Of a stretch of DNA of 46,278 nucleotides, positions 1 through 12,593 are shown one piece after another. This DNA comes from Nemertoderma westbladi (taxonomy: Eukaryota; Animalia; Xenacoelomorpha). How positions within the stretch are numbered: position 1 is the stretch's first letter; every line of letters begins with the position of its first letter. A program made the translations under genes and the position numbers. A model generated the notes under the pieces. It was not told the DNA's origin, did not search any database, and was given only the letters and a program-made list of their open reading frames with translations. The stretch covers positions 1 through 46,278 of the forward strand of contig JAUCBJ010003706.1 of the NCBI GenBank assembly GCA_032718475.1, read 5' to 3'.

Positions 1-1223
1 GGGCCAGTAGATCGGCTATGCTGACAGCCCGGGGCCATGGTGGCATGTAAGACGCCCCGCGGATACTCAGGTGCCAAGCTGTCGCCGCTGCGAGGCCCAA
101 TTGTACGGGCCTCCCTAAGTGTCGAGAGTCCTTAGCCCCAATCGCGGGCCCTCCAAGCGTTAGGAGAGTATTTACCGTTCGGTGTCAGCTCGGCATGTAC
201 TCGCGTGATTGTGGGCTGGTCCTCTATTCTCGCCCAAGCCAGCAGCCCTGCCCGAAGTTAGTAACGGGGCCCCATATAGTCACCTACAGCGCTACCACGC
301 ATTGTCCTCATTGTTGCAGGGCCAGACACGCTGGCTCCAGTCCCCCGCTCCCCTATTCAAACTGGTTGTTAATGACACACGCATCGCGTAACGGTGGGGC
401 ATTCAAAGTGCCAAAAATTACACCACAGCCAGACTAGATGGCACCATGGCTTTGTGTCCTTCCCATAGCCCAGAAAATTTGATCATAGCTCGAGTTAGCG
501 ATGGTGCCAGATAGGTGTTTGACATCAAAGACAACCCGCAACGGTTAACAATATATAAAAACAGGACTAGGATTGTTAAGTAGGGGGGAATGGCAAGTGG
601 GATAATATATGGAAATCGTATGTAAATTCAGTTACGGTGGCTTCTTACGGGGTTAATCTGCAGTTGTGTAGGGTTGTTACTCCGTCACTCGAGATTCTAA
701 GAGATATGGGGCTCGATACATTGTATCCTAAACTAATTTCACTTTCTAAGTGAGTTTGATCGCCACTAGGTTTGAAATGAACTAAATTAGGGAGATCGGT
801 TTCTTTGATAAGGACAAAATGGTGCCATTTTAACTCTATTCCTTGAAACAACTGAATCGGTTATACAGTAAATAGGAAAATATATATGATTGAAGATATT
901 CTGACATTGTGTATATTGTTTCAAATTAATTAGACGATTCCGTCAAATAGATAACAATAATTAGTTGTAATTACTACATTACATACCTAGCATGTCCGAA
1001 TTACACCAAAAAGTAACATTTAGCCTCAACACCAGGACACAAATGGAAATTAAATTGATAGTAAAAAATCTAAGACATATAAAAATGTATATCTACGCGA
1101 ATCCCATAGGTATATATATATACTAAACTACTGGCTACATCTTTAGGTTTACATTTAAAATTCTCACAACTTAATGAAATTGAAATTTGTTGCTTTTAAA
1201 AATAGTGAATAAGCAAGGAATGA

Positions 1224-1229
1224 TTTATT
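1224..1229 (-). promoter_or_regulatory. Candidate polyadenylation signal of Tbx2/3
   Basis: AATAAA on the minus strand ~460 nt past the stop. AT-rich context, so it could be chance. Confidence 0.3.
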
Positions 1230-1687
1230 AACAAACACAATATATAACATTTAAAAAGTTGTAATTCATTTATATTACATATGTAGAAAGAGAAATGAAG
1301 GAGCCATCATTATGAAACCATTACTACAGCATTACTCACTACCAATAATGATACATTTATAGAAGTTTCATCGGAATTGGAATCAAATCTTCAGTTACAA
1401 AGAAATTAATAATCGTAAAATATTTACTAAAAGTTCGCGGAATTTACTTGGAAAATAAACGCTGAAAAAACTAAGTTCACGAAAACGAAATAACAAAATT
1501 ATATTGAAAAACAGAAAACATATTAATTCCACCGGATTGCACATGAGCCTATTCTGCAGCAAGCGTGCTGACATCGATAGAGTTATCGGTGTGTCGGTAA
1601 GTCTACTACATAAAGCACCACAGATAGTTTAGCAAAAAAGCATATAATGCGAACACCACAGCGAGGTTGAGACATTAAATAGGTAAT

Positions 1688-2430
1688 TCACGCAGTTTCC
1701 GCTAGGGGCGATGCTTTAGATACTTCTGTGGCTATAGAGTTTAATGGGGCTGTAACTAGTCTAACGGGACTCCCGTGATGTACAGTCTCTTTGGGGACAA
1801 CGTCCGCGGAGGGCAGCGCTGTAGACGCCAACATGTTCATAGTTACATTGGGTACGGAGGAGTGGCCCCCGGGGGGCAGACCGAACGGCGGGTAAGGGAA
1901 GTCCGAGCCGTGGAGGCCCCCCGGGAGGGCGGCGTTGCGTTGGTACATCGCCAAGCCGGCGGCGGCCAGGGCGGCGGTGGCGAACCCCGGGAGCCGGGAG
2001 GAGTCGCTCCCGTTGAGGAACAGTCCGGGGTAGCTGGGGGGGTTGGGGGGGAGCAGCCCCCCCGGCGGCGGGGGCCGGAGCCCGGGGGGCCGCAGCAGGA
2101 GGGGGTGGGGCGGCAGCATCGAGTCGGCCAACCCGGGGGGCAGCAGCGGGAGGTTGAGGGGGTAGCCGGGGGGAGGGGGCAGCGGGAACCCGGGGTGGTG
2201 GTGGGGGTGGAACGCGCGGAACGAGGTGGGGGAGAGCCCCGAGGGTAGGTGCGAGCCGTTGGCACCCGTAGGGCGCATTGAGGCGGCTGTTGGTGACTCA
2301 TCGACGGGTGTGGATGACATATAGCTGTCGGTTAATCTGCTCACTTTGGCCGGCGGGCTGTCGTCTTCTTTATCCAGCTGGTAGGATCGCTTAGAATCGA
2401 TAGAACGGCCGCTCTTTAGTTTTTCTGCAC
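1688..2430 (-). CDS. Tbx2/3: Tbx2/3 exon 6 (Pro/Gly/His-rich C-terminus)
   Basis: TTTTCAG acceptor at 2431-2432; reads in frame into the 218-aa ORF; stop TGA at 1688-1690. Confidence 0.85.
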
Positions 2431-5400
2431 CTGAAAAAATAAAATTAAATTAGATAGAAGAGCGACAAATAAAAGTAAAAATAAGTAACAACATAGAGAG
2501 TTTCCTGTATCATAATAGTTGCCCATCTATTAATTACAGCTGCATAACAAATAATATCATGTTTTCTCCCACCATTGTATTCCGCTTACTCACTCCCAAT
2601 ACTGTTGGTTTTCGCGATATAAAAAGAAAGTCAACGGCTTAATATATAGAATTGGCGTCCCGTATACATCTATAGCGCACTCTGCTGAGTTCGGACACCA
2701 TCTGACTCTCGGAGGCTATGCCGCATACACCTACACTGGTCTCAAACTAATTCAACAATTGATCGTCATAAAAAAGCCGAGTTGCTCAAGTGTCGCCATG
2801 TGGCTAACCCACCCCGGAACGGTTACAGCCAACCGCGGAACCGTTACAGCCAACCACGTCCGCGAATAGTAAAGATGTTTTTATGACAGCTGTACCGCGG
2901 CCGCTCAAGTGTACATATGTATTGTATGCGCGGAATTTCGGGCTGTCAATATATTTTCAAGATGCCAGATGATGTATTGGTAAACAACAATGGCTAATGA
3001 ATAACTCATTGTGTAATGATATCGTAACACCGACATTATTCTGCGACGGGGAGTCGAGGAAAGTTATATGTTTAATGTAGAATGCGGCGGCTTCGGGATT
3101 AAATTATTCAATAATACCGACGTGTCCGCTGGCTGCTGCTATTCATTGAATATTTATAGTTAATTTAAAAGTTAAATTCGGAATTAAACTGTTTAATAGA
3201 TTAAATAGTTTATTAGAGCAAATAAACTCCCGTTTTATATGATGTAGAAACTCACTGGATGGAGGACTGCAGCAGCTAGATGGACTGTGCCGGCTCAACT
3301 CCGCACCTTCATCGGTGATGTCTTCTACATCGATGTCCGAGTCGCAATCGGAAACCCCGCCGTCGGTAGACTTCTGGGCCTCTAGAGCGCGAATTCTTCT
3401 AGAAATACAAATTAATTCATTAATATCGAACAATTTAATTTCCTTTATAAACATAAAATGCGACAAACAATTAGTTAATCAATATAAATTGTAGACGTTG
3501 AGATCGCATTGAGATTTATATTTAATTGGAGTAAATAAACTTACTTTTTAGCTCGGTTTCCAGCTCCGTCGTCCCTAAAGCCCTTGGCGAATGGATTGTG
3601 ATCGATTTTGAGTTGAGTGACCTTTAGGGAACAAAATAATATAATAGGTTATTTAATTTAATGGTTAAGTTAATAAAATTAATTAATAAATCCGCGAATT
3701 CGCAATTGGCAATCCACTTGAATAAAAGTTGCGCTCACCTTTTCGTTTTGGTAGGCGGTAACACCAATAAAGTCTGTTTCGGGAAATATAAAGGTCTTAA
3801 AAGTGGACCAGGGTAGTTTCATTATGTCGTTGGCGCAGACGATGTGGAATCGCGGCTGGTATTTGTGCATGGAGTTAAGAATCGTCTGAAAAATAAAGTT
3901 TAATCAGTAATATACGTAAATAATAATAATAATTGTTTTATTTCATTCTTATAAACAATTTTATTTTCTGTTTTTTTGCTGCTAAATTTAAGATGCATCG
4001 AAATTTCATTAATATATATACTTTTAAATGTTTTTCCTCCGCAAACAATCTAATTGTTAGTTCGTTTATTTATACTTACATATCCATTCTTATCCGAAAT
4101 GTTGTTTGTTAGTTTGAGTTTGTGGAAGGAGACGAGTTTGGACATCCACTGCTCCCCTGTCGCCGGACTGTCCGGGTGTATGTACATCCGTTTGGGCATC
4201 TCGGGGTCCGCCTTGCCCGCCACCATCCATCGCGTGTTGTGAAACTTATAGCGACAATCGTCGGCGGGTACGATATCCATCAGTAGGATATACTTGGAGT
4301 GCTTATCTAAACCGTTGACGCGAAACTTCAACGCGGGAAACGTCCGTCTAAAAAGGAATGATTGAAAAACCTTGATATTTTCTGTGGCATATTAATTAGA
4401 CACAGATTAGTGCTGATAATTTATCCCCCCTATTACAGAGCAGGTGCAGGCGACTTGCAACATCCGATAAAATCCCATTTATTTTGCACGTTTTTAATAA
4501 GAAGCGTTAGTTGCAAAGCATCCTATTCGTAAATGAGAATTAAATATTTGATGTGATTTTTGATTGGGTAATTTTATGCGCCTGTATTATGTTATATAAA
4601 TAGGCACGCTTTCGATTAATCACACGTATACAACACCTCCCACTGTCATATAGGCAATACAATAACTTCCCTCTCTAGTCAATGTAATCCTTATCTTGAG
4701 AATGAAAACAAAGACGGTGAGAGACAGACAACAATTGACCGACTGTCATCAAAAGTGGAACGGAAATGAAGAAGAGATAGAATATGCAAACTGCCGAGGA
4801 GCAATTGGCATGGAGCACCTTTGTATATAAACGCGTGATTCAAGATGCTCCTTGAATTTGTATAATCCATTGAATTTAAGCGTTTCTGCTCAAGTTTGGT
4901 ACAATGTTCGCGCTTAGCGCGCCGCACAGCACAAATGAACTACGGAAAAGCTCTTGTTTGGTGTGGATTAGCGAGGATTTTGATGTTTGTCTCCGGGGAG
5001 AAGGTTGTATGTGCAAGGTGCAATCTGATGCAGAGGTAATCACCCACAGCTCTTTATACACTCTCATCCACCAAATCTGTTTATCCCCCTTTTAGGTAAA
5101 TTAATTTTGTCACCAAGTTAAAATTCATTACCGAGTGCGCGTGTGACTAGGAGACTCAATTTTCCCTTGAAGTTGGACTTTTAATAGTGGCGATGTTGTG
5201 AGAATTATCTTCACAGCTCCGCTCAATAATGTTTGAGATTTAAGATCAAAATCTTTGGTAAAAGAAATTATTGAGCGAATCAACACTTATGTTAATGAAT
5301 ACGAGGTTGGCACCAGAAAGACACCTCATAATAAAATCGATCTATATCAAAGGATAGGGTCCCTATATCGATGCGCCGCTGTCCCAAAACCATAATCGCG

Positions 5401-6897
5401 AAACAACATTTATTTCAATTTGAGGCACCACTCTAGCTCTACCGCATCATCACTCGTCCATCGTATACAAAATGTGTCCCATATCCCACATTATTTGCAA
5501 ATCCCACCAGCTATTGAAACATTTTTTAGTGAGAGAGATGAGTGTCAATCAGTCAGTGCGCCGAATTGCTTAGTTGCCTATTTTAAAGTAACTCTAACTC
5601 AACTCACAATATCACAATTCACAACACAATCACGAATCAATTTCGTACAAATTTGTTTATTTTAAATAGGCGAATTATGGTAATAAAGTCATAGGAAAAA
5701 CCCGTATTCTATAACGCGACAAGTTTAACAACCTCGCATAAAATCCCAGAGCGACCCAACACCCAAACAAACATCAAACAAACCCTAATAAAAACTATGT
5801 ACCGGCAACCCTAACCCAAAACGATAACCCACATAATATTTTGACAGATTCAGTGTAATTTTAAACAATTTGATTAGGCCCATTGAAGTCTCGTCTCATG
5901 GCTTACTTAGGGTTACATATTCTGATATTAGGGCTATACATCTTAGTTAAATATTTAAGGTTTGCGTTTGCGTGTTCATATAATATCGCTAACGTAAAAA
6001 ACAATAGGCCTACAGGTAGCCTACCCTAAAAAAAACAATCAAAATTGACAAAATTCTAGTGAAAGCTGAGCTGAACGCATTGGCACATTAAACTTTAAAT
6101 GTTATGTCAGTCCATTCCATACCGGACTGGTAGTCATAGTACCAGTAGGCTATAGGCCAGACTTGAATGGCAAAAAATACCAAATTCAGCAATAATAGCA
6201 AAAGTGTGACATAATAATCAATAATGTGTCTAAGAGACGAACAGACCACGTAGCAGTGTACCGTTATAGTAATCACCGAATAGAAACGAATTGATATCCA
6301 CCAAATTCAACCAAATTGATACCGGCAAGCAAAAAGAACAAAATTGATTTGCAGTAAATTAACCTGCATCAAATTGGCAATGCTTTGGAATGGAATAATA
6401 CATGAATAATTATGCGTACCGGTCCGGTACCAGTACCAGTCAGCCAGAACCAGTACACAAATAAATGGAACTCACCTGCCACTTTTCGTTATGACCATCT
6501 CGCAGCCGAAGGAATGGAAGTCGTCCCAAAGGTCTTTGTGCTCCAGATTAACGGTGGGGTTGTCTACAGCTGGGGGCTGAGGGGGCTCTATAACGGGGGG
6601 AGCGTGCGACAGACCCATGTGCTGGTGGGGGAACGGGGGGTAATGCCGGGAAAATATCGAGTCTGGGTTGAGTGCCTGGTATGGGGGAACTGCACCCGCA
6701 GTCAGCTGTTCTAGTTTGTGTGGGGGCGCGTACAAAGTAGCCCCAGACATAATGGCGTGGCCTGGAAGGGACACCATTGTAGGACAAGAACTCGTGTTAC
6801 TAAGTAACGAAGATACGCTGAAATTGGAGCTTTTATGGGATGGTTGCTGCATGGCGGTGGAGGCCATCATGGAATGATGGATATTCTGATCGATCAT
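1688..6897 (-). CDS. Tbx2/3: T-box transcription factor, Tbx2/3 (optomotor-blind) subfamily; 6 coding exons, 599 aa
   Basis: Exons 6476-6897, 4080-4347, 3739-3885, 3545-3621, 3256-3398 and 1688-2430 join in frame through GT-AG introns (1800 nt). T-box with Tbx2/3-type motifs [69 protein letters not shown]-terminal eh1-like FSVSSLL. Confidence 0.95.
3256..3398 (-). CDS. Tbx2/3: Tbx2/3 exon 5
   Basis: TTTCTAG acceptor; [14 protein letters not shown]...SSCCSPPS; GTGAGT donor; phases match both neighbours. Confidence 0.85.
3545..3621 (-). CDS. Tbx2/3: Tbx2/3 exon 4
   Basis: AAG acceptor; [25 protein letters not shown]; GTAAGT donor. Too short for the ORF track. Confidence 0.93.
3739..3885 (-). 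CDS. Tbx2/3: Tbx2/3 exon 3
   Basis: TTTTCAG acceptor; [12 protein letters not shown]...VTAYQNEK; GTGAGC donor. Confidence 0.95.
4080..4347 (-). CDS. Tbx2/3: Tbx2/3 exon 2
   Basis: TTTTAG acceptor; [15 protein letters not shown]...NNISDKNGY; GTAAGT donor. Confidence 0.95.
6476..6897 (-). CDS. Tbx2/3: Tbx2/3 coding exon 1
   Basis: ATG at 6897; ends EMVITKSG-R with donor AG|GTGAG (phase 2). Confidence 0.9.
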
Positions 6898-7079
6898 GAT
6901 ATTTAATACAAGTGCAGAAAAAAATTAACAACTTTAAAATTAAGCGATAACGTAACAACTGTATGGAAAAATTCAACTTAATAAGTTTGTTCTCAGCAAA
7001 ACAACACTAGTGAGAATATAACACGACTCCTGCTATTTTAGCAGCATAGCTGCTGCACTTTGGACGGCATAGCTCTTGA

Positions 7080-7208
7080 CCAATCAGGAGCCAACAATAA
7101 TTTCGCCCTATCTTCTAAGGGAGTTGAAGGGGAATTAAGCTCCGCCTATCCCAGGATCACTGGCGCCTGGCTCAGCCAATTGAGTGCCAGTAGGACAGTG
7201 TACCCAAT
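7080..7208 (-). promoter_or_regulatory. Putative Tbx2/3 proximal promoter with three CCAAT boxes
   Basis: CCAAT at 7080, 7176 and 7204 (two as CCAATCAG), 180-310 bp upstream of the ATG in a locally GC-richer patch. Confidence 0.5.
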
Positions 7209-8290
7209 CAGTTCGTGTGTTGGTTGAGGAGCAATTAGGAATTGAGTTTTGGTCAATTTACTTTTCCAGTTCTTGAGAGAGAATGGCAGATATTATTCGA
7301 TAACTTATTATAGCTAATAGCTTGTGCTTACGTTTTTCGACAATACAGCTTGTATTGAGGTGGGGTGCTTTTGCAATAAATTCTAAATATATAATTCTAA
7401 ATAAAAGACGCGACGAGAGTCAGTACACTGTACTTTGCCGGAACCCAGAAGGTATAAACGTAAATTCTTGTCAGAAAATTATGTTACAACACTGAAGGAC
7501 TGTGCTGATGAATAACTGCATATTTGAAACCGTTCTCTTTTAAAAATAAATAAACAAATTAAAAAATAAATTAATATTTTAATTTTGCATATTTTAATTT
7601 TTTCCATTCAATATTATGAAGGCAATAATAATGTTGGAGCCATAAAAGTATTTTTTCAAAGTATTTATTATTCACCTGCAGTGGTGGTACGGGGTTGGGA
7701 TTATTTGAAACAAATGTTTAAAAAGATTCGATCGAAAAATTTGAAATATTTCAACATTTATTTTTAAAAACTAAGTCCGCCTTTCCTTGCGTTTTAGCAT
7801 TCATTACATTATTCTAACTTTTATAGAATTTCAAGTAATAAATAGGGGATGATATAGTTATTGATAAATTTTTAAAAGGAATTATTTCTATGCAAAATAC
7901 AAGTTGTCTTTGAAATCAGCGACTTATACATTTTGTTTGTGATTTTCGTATTAAATGTATGAGCAAATATTGTCTGTCACGATCCATATACCTTTATATA
8001 AGCGCGATGTCCGTGAGTGTGGCGCGATTAGTATTGTTAAAGGAACGGGATTGGTCTTTCTTTCTTTATGTTTGTTGGTTTTGGTCTAACAAGATGTTGA
8101 GTCATAGGTATCGCTGTCAATATTGGGTTTATTTTAAGATTTATTTGTAGTGCTCTCCCACTGTGCATATTGTATTCACCCCCACTCCCATCATAATCAC
8201 GCTAATTACATGAAGGCAACGTGTTTATTTACGTTTAGTTTTGGGTAAATTATAAATCGAACACTGGGCTGCTACGCGGTCATTGAGCAA

Positions 8291-9137
8291 CCGGACAGTA
8301 AGCACACGGAGAGTGAGCACCCGGACTGTGAACACACGAAGAGTATGAGTACCCAGATAGTAAGCACCCGGATTGTGAGCTGAGCACCCGAACAGTGATC
8401 ACCTGGACACTAAGCACACGGACAGTGCGCACCCAGACAGTGAGCGCCGGACACTAAGCACACGGTGAGTCAACATACCGGTCAGTAAGCACACGGACAG
8501 TAAGCACACGGACAGTAAGCACACGGAGAGTATGAGCACCTGGACAGTACGCACCCAGACTGTGAGCACCGGACACTAAGCACACGGTGAGTCAGCATAC
8601 TGGTCAGTAAGCACACGCAGAGTGAGCACCGGTCAGTAAGCACACGGACATTAAGCACACGGACAGTAAGCACACGGAGAGTGAGCACCGGTCAGTAAGC
8701 ACACGGACAGTAAGCACACGGACCGTAAGCACACGGAGAGTGAGCACCGGTCAGTGAACACACGGTTAGTGCGCATACCGGCTAGTAAGCACACGGAGAG
8801 TGAGCTTACCGGCGAGTAAGCACACGGAGAGTGAGCACCCGGACAGTAAGCACCCAGACTGTAAGCACACGGGGAGTAAGCACACTGAGAGGGAGCACCG
8901 GTCAGTGAGCACACGTAGAGTAAGCACACGGACAGCAAGCACACGGACAGCAAGCACACGGGCAGCAACCACACGGACTGAAAGCATACGGACAGTGAGC
9001 ACACGGATAGTATGAGTACCCGGACAGTAAGAACCCGAACAGAAAGCACACGGACAGTAAGCACCCTGATATTGAGCACACGGACAGTAGGCACCCAGAC
9101 AGTAAGCGCACGGGGAGTATGAGTACACGACAGCGAA
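8291..9137. repeat. Degenerate minisatellite, ~15-bp unit CAGTAAGCACACGGA with shorter and longer variants
   Basis: Visible tandem units; they explain the VLTVR/CAYCP/CLLSV pseudo-ORFs. Confidence 0.93.
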
Positions 9138-10522
9138 CACAAGGTCTGTGATTTAAAGATACTAAAATATAGTATGGAGAAAAAACCAAAGGATTGCCGC
9201 CTGTCTGCGCACGACTCTATCGTTTCGATACCCAAGATTCCATCCCCGCAACCAGTGTTTACAAGGTCGCAATTATCGTGAAATAACCATAAATTAATGG
9301 CGACATATGTGATGTGATATGCAAAGCTCTACATGGGTTCTGACGATACATGTGTTAGTATCTGTAGATAAATTATAGCAGAGATTGTGATTAAATGTTG
9401 TGACTTCAAACCTTATATTGATTTAACGAGATGACATGAGCGCGCTTACAAATACATGTTGTTATTGGAATAAACGAACAAAATTAACTATAACGCTTCA
9501 TCAGCGACCCCTTTCAAATGATTCGAATTACCTGATTACCAAGATTTAATTGGTGATTGCACATGTCACGTATAGTCTGTAAATGCCGATACTATGTCTC
9601 TAGCATACTAAATCCTAATGGGTGTCTCTACTTCAAAGATCGTCTTCTCGGCTGATAAGAAAACAATATTTATTAAGTGTTTTAATGTCCAGTAATCTAT
9701 GATGCCACGAGAAAAATATACTTGACAGGAAAGCATAAAGTTGTGTTGTTTGTTTATCTAGACAATGTTTTACCTAGACAAGAAAATCTTAGACCAAATA
9801 ATACAAAACAAGTATAATAAAAACTGAATTAAACAAATTATAGGGTTTCGCGTTATAGTTCTGGATCTTAGCGCCATGCTGCTTTGAGGTTTACGGACCA
9901 GGATTTCCGCGCGCGAGTGACACGCCGTATATTATCGATTGCGTGATAGCGATTATGGCATGTTCGACGCGACGATACAACATATGGTTTAGACTACTTT
10001 AATACCACGGCTCTCAGGGAGGAGGTTCGATAACACAGAAAATCGAACAATAATAAACGCATTTTGTGTGGATTAGTGTTGAGTTAAAGTATAAAGCGAT
10101 GGGTATTGGTGGTTGTAAGTTCGGTCCGGTCTGTTCCTCTATTGGTATTGTGAGTTCTCGCAGTCTGTCGCCAATGATGGTCGATATATCGCAATGTTCT
10201 TGGAAAGGGAGACAAGGAGAGGGAAAATTGACGCAAATCCCAACTCGGCGAATTAATATATTTAAGTATTAGCAATGTAATTAAGGGAAATGAGCAGGTT
10301 ACAGTGACACGTTATTCTATCCAATAGAATAAAAGAAAGTAAATAGCGCAGGTTACAGTTTGGTTTTTATTTTCTACGATATTCACCTAGAGATGGTACT
10401 ACTGTATTATTTTAACTGAAGAATCTGCAAAAGGACTCATCGCCATGGCTACTATACAATTTATAATTGGAAGGTGGTGTGGAATTAAGATTCCCCGTTC
10501 TTTGTTCTAATTTAAGCCTCAT

Positions 10523-11060
10523 GCGAATTTTGTTCCAATGGAAACGAATTTAGTTCCCATTTTGGCAAATTTAGTTCCAATGCAAGCGAATTTAGTTCCA
10601 ATTTAGGCGAATTTAGTTCCAATGCAAGCGAACTTAGTTCCAATTTTGGCGAATTTAGTTCCAATGTTTCAATCGTGGGCCGAGCCACGTAGTTGGCGAA
10701 GAATCTGTTTAATGCCATATATATATATATATACTCGTGATTAATATATATTTCAAAATGTCTAATAATATTTTTAGTTAATTAATAATAATTCGTTTTT
10801 AAAAAATGACAGAAGGGTTTTACAATTAAATACAATTATTGTTGACCCTGACCCACCCCGAAATAGTGGCAATACGCAAATGCTTCGCCTACTACGTGGC
10901 TAGCCCCGCGATTGAAACATTGTAACTAAATTCGCTTGCATTGGAACTAAGTTCGCCTCGATTGGAACTAAGTTCGCTTTATAAAAATTATTTTGGAACT
11001 AAATTCGTTTCAATTGGAACTAAGTTCGTCTTTGAAAATGTGCGATTGGAAATAAGTTCG
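10523..11060. repeat. Inverted repeat (arms ~10523-10717 and ~10867-11060) built from 21-bp tandem subunits; foldback/MITE-like
   Basis: Left arm: (GCGAATTTAGTTCCAATGCAA)n...TTTCAATCGTGGGCCGAGCCACGTAGTTGGCGAAG. Right arm: CTTCGCCTACTACGTGGCTAGCCCCGCGATTGAAA...(ATTGGAACTAAGTTCGC)n. AT-rich spacer begins with (TA)n. Confidence 0.8.
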
Positions 11061-12094
11061 TGCTACCGGAATTAATGTGAATATTGTACGCTCTTAACTT
11101 ATACCTCAACAAAAACGTGATTGATACTTTACCTCCCACCTTTTATGATGTGGTTCGCACTATTGTCGGAATCAGTTGTGGCGACACTCTGTCTCACTCC
11201 CTGGCTGTGCCTATCATTATATAATCCCGACGCCAAAATTCCTCCAACAATCAATGCAGTCTGGGTGCTACAGGCGCCAACATTCTGTGAGCTACGGGGA
11301 TAAGCACCCAACCCGGAGCCCCCCTACCTAGAGGGGCCTACAGTGGTGCAGTATGGAAAGTTTCATCAGCTAACAAATAATGTTTCCTAATTTGGCTCCA
11401 TGCCCTAGTGCTGGGGCTGAGATGTTACAACACTATTAGGTGCGCTTTCGACATGTGAGTGAGGTTAAAGACCAGCAGCAGAACATAATTATACTCATTT
11501 GGAAAACCTTGCCTTTGTCTTTTAACCTTTTAACCTTGTCTTTTATGAATATTTATTTTTATATATTGTATATTTTGAAAGTTTCATTCAAAAGGACACG
11601 CAGTTGATACACGATTGGATATCACATGGCGGTCTGTCAAAATCATTACTTCTACCTTGAATAATATTTATTATTTCTAAGAACAAGCAATGCTCAAGGC
11701 TTGCAGTTTTACCTTGCTTTTTAGAGTTTAAAACATGTCATTTAATGAGCGAAGAATAGAAACGTCAATAAACTTTACAGCTATAGCTACAGTTATCATT
11801 CACCCATATTCCATCACGACACAAAGGCATTGTTCTCTGTATTGTGACTATCAGCCATCAACTAGCACTTAAATTAAAATTATATTTAGGCTGTTCGTTT
11901 TCCAAACTTACACGCACCTGTGTATAAAACTGTGTCGCCGTGTCGGAAACAATAATTTTTGTATCGCCGCGGTTGATATTGGCCGTTTTATTCGTATTGT
12001 GTGATATCCAAAATATATTTTAAAACTTAACCAAAAAACTAACGTGTCGGTATAGTGAACGTTTATTCGCTTATATGGAAATTATCATGAAGTA

Positions 12095-12593
12095 TGTTAT
12101 GACCCCGACGCACAACCAAAAGCAACATGGATTTGGAATTAATATACGGCAGGAAGTTGAACTAAACCTTGTGTACCTAGCCCCTGTTGGCCCCTAACCG
12201 CTAGTCCCTGTCCCGAGCCTAACAGCCCGAGGCAGACTTTGGCGCCAAGGATATTTGCTTTGCATTTACCAGATCCCCACATATCGAGTCATCACATAAT
12301 GGTGTCATTTTGTGGGCCCCATAAAAGGCGTGATCAGACAATAGTTCCGTGTTTGTCCGTTGTTCGTCAAGGGGCTGTAAAGACTCAACCACAGCGGCCA
12401 GGGTCCCATTACCGGGGAAGTACGCGACGCCTTGGCGCCAGATTATACGTGGAATAACAAGGTCTTATCGGTTGTTCTGTTGTTCGTTTATACAACGCCA
12501 TACCATCATCAAACATCAATGTTGGGTATATGGCTGCGGTTCAATGTTAACGGTATCCCATCGGTGTCGGGGTTACGGGGTGTGGAGGTTACA
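12095..12593 (+). mobile_element. Possible solo-LTR-like element
   Basis: TGTTA...GTTACA ends, subterminal inverted match GACCCCGAC/GTCGGGGTT, TATA-like ATAAAAG at 12321, GC-richer than its flanks. No TSD found. Confidence 0.3.

Noticed and set aside
1-867. GC-richer segment ending ...TTATACA, possibly an LTR
   Set aside because: The other end is outside the window; no TSD, PBS or protein motif supports it. The small ORFs resemble nothing I recognise.
1775-2301. 157-aa (+) and 152-aa (-) ORFs overlapping Tbx2/3 exon 6
   Set aside because: Shadow ORFs caused by very high GC content.
8482-9235. Cys-rich ORFs (CAYCP, CLLSV) resembling metallothionein or keratin-associated proteins
   Set aside because: All frames are translations of the 15-bp minisatellite.
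11110-11480. GISCGDTLSHSL, faintly like the RT motif QGD.LSP
   Set aside because: Too degenerate, with no second motif in register; needs a profile search.
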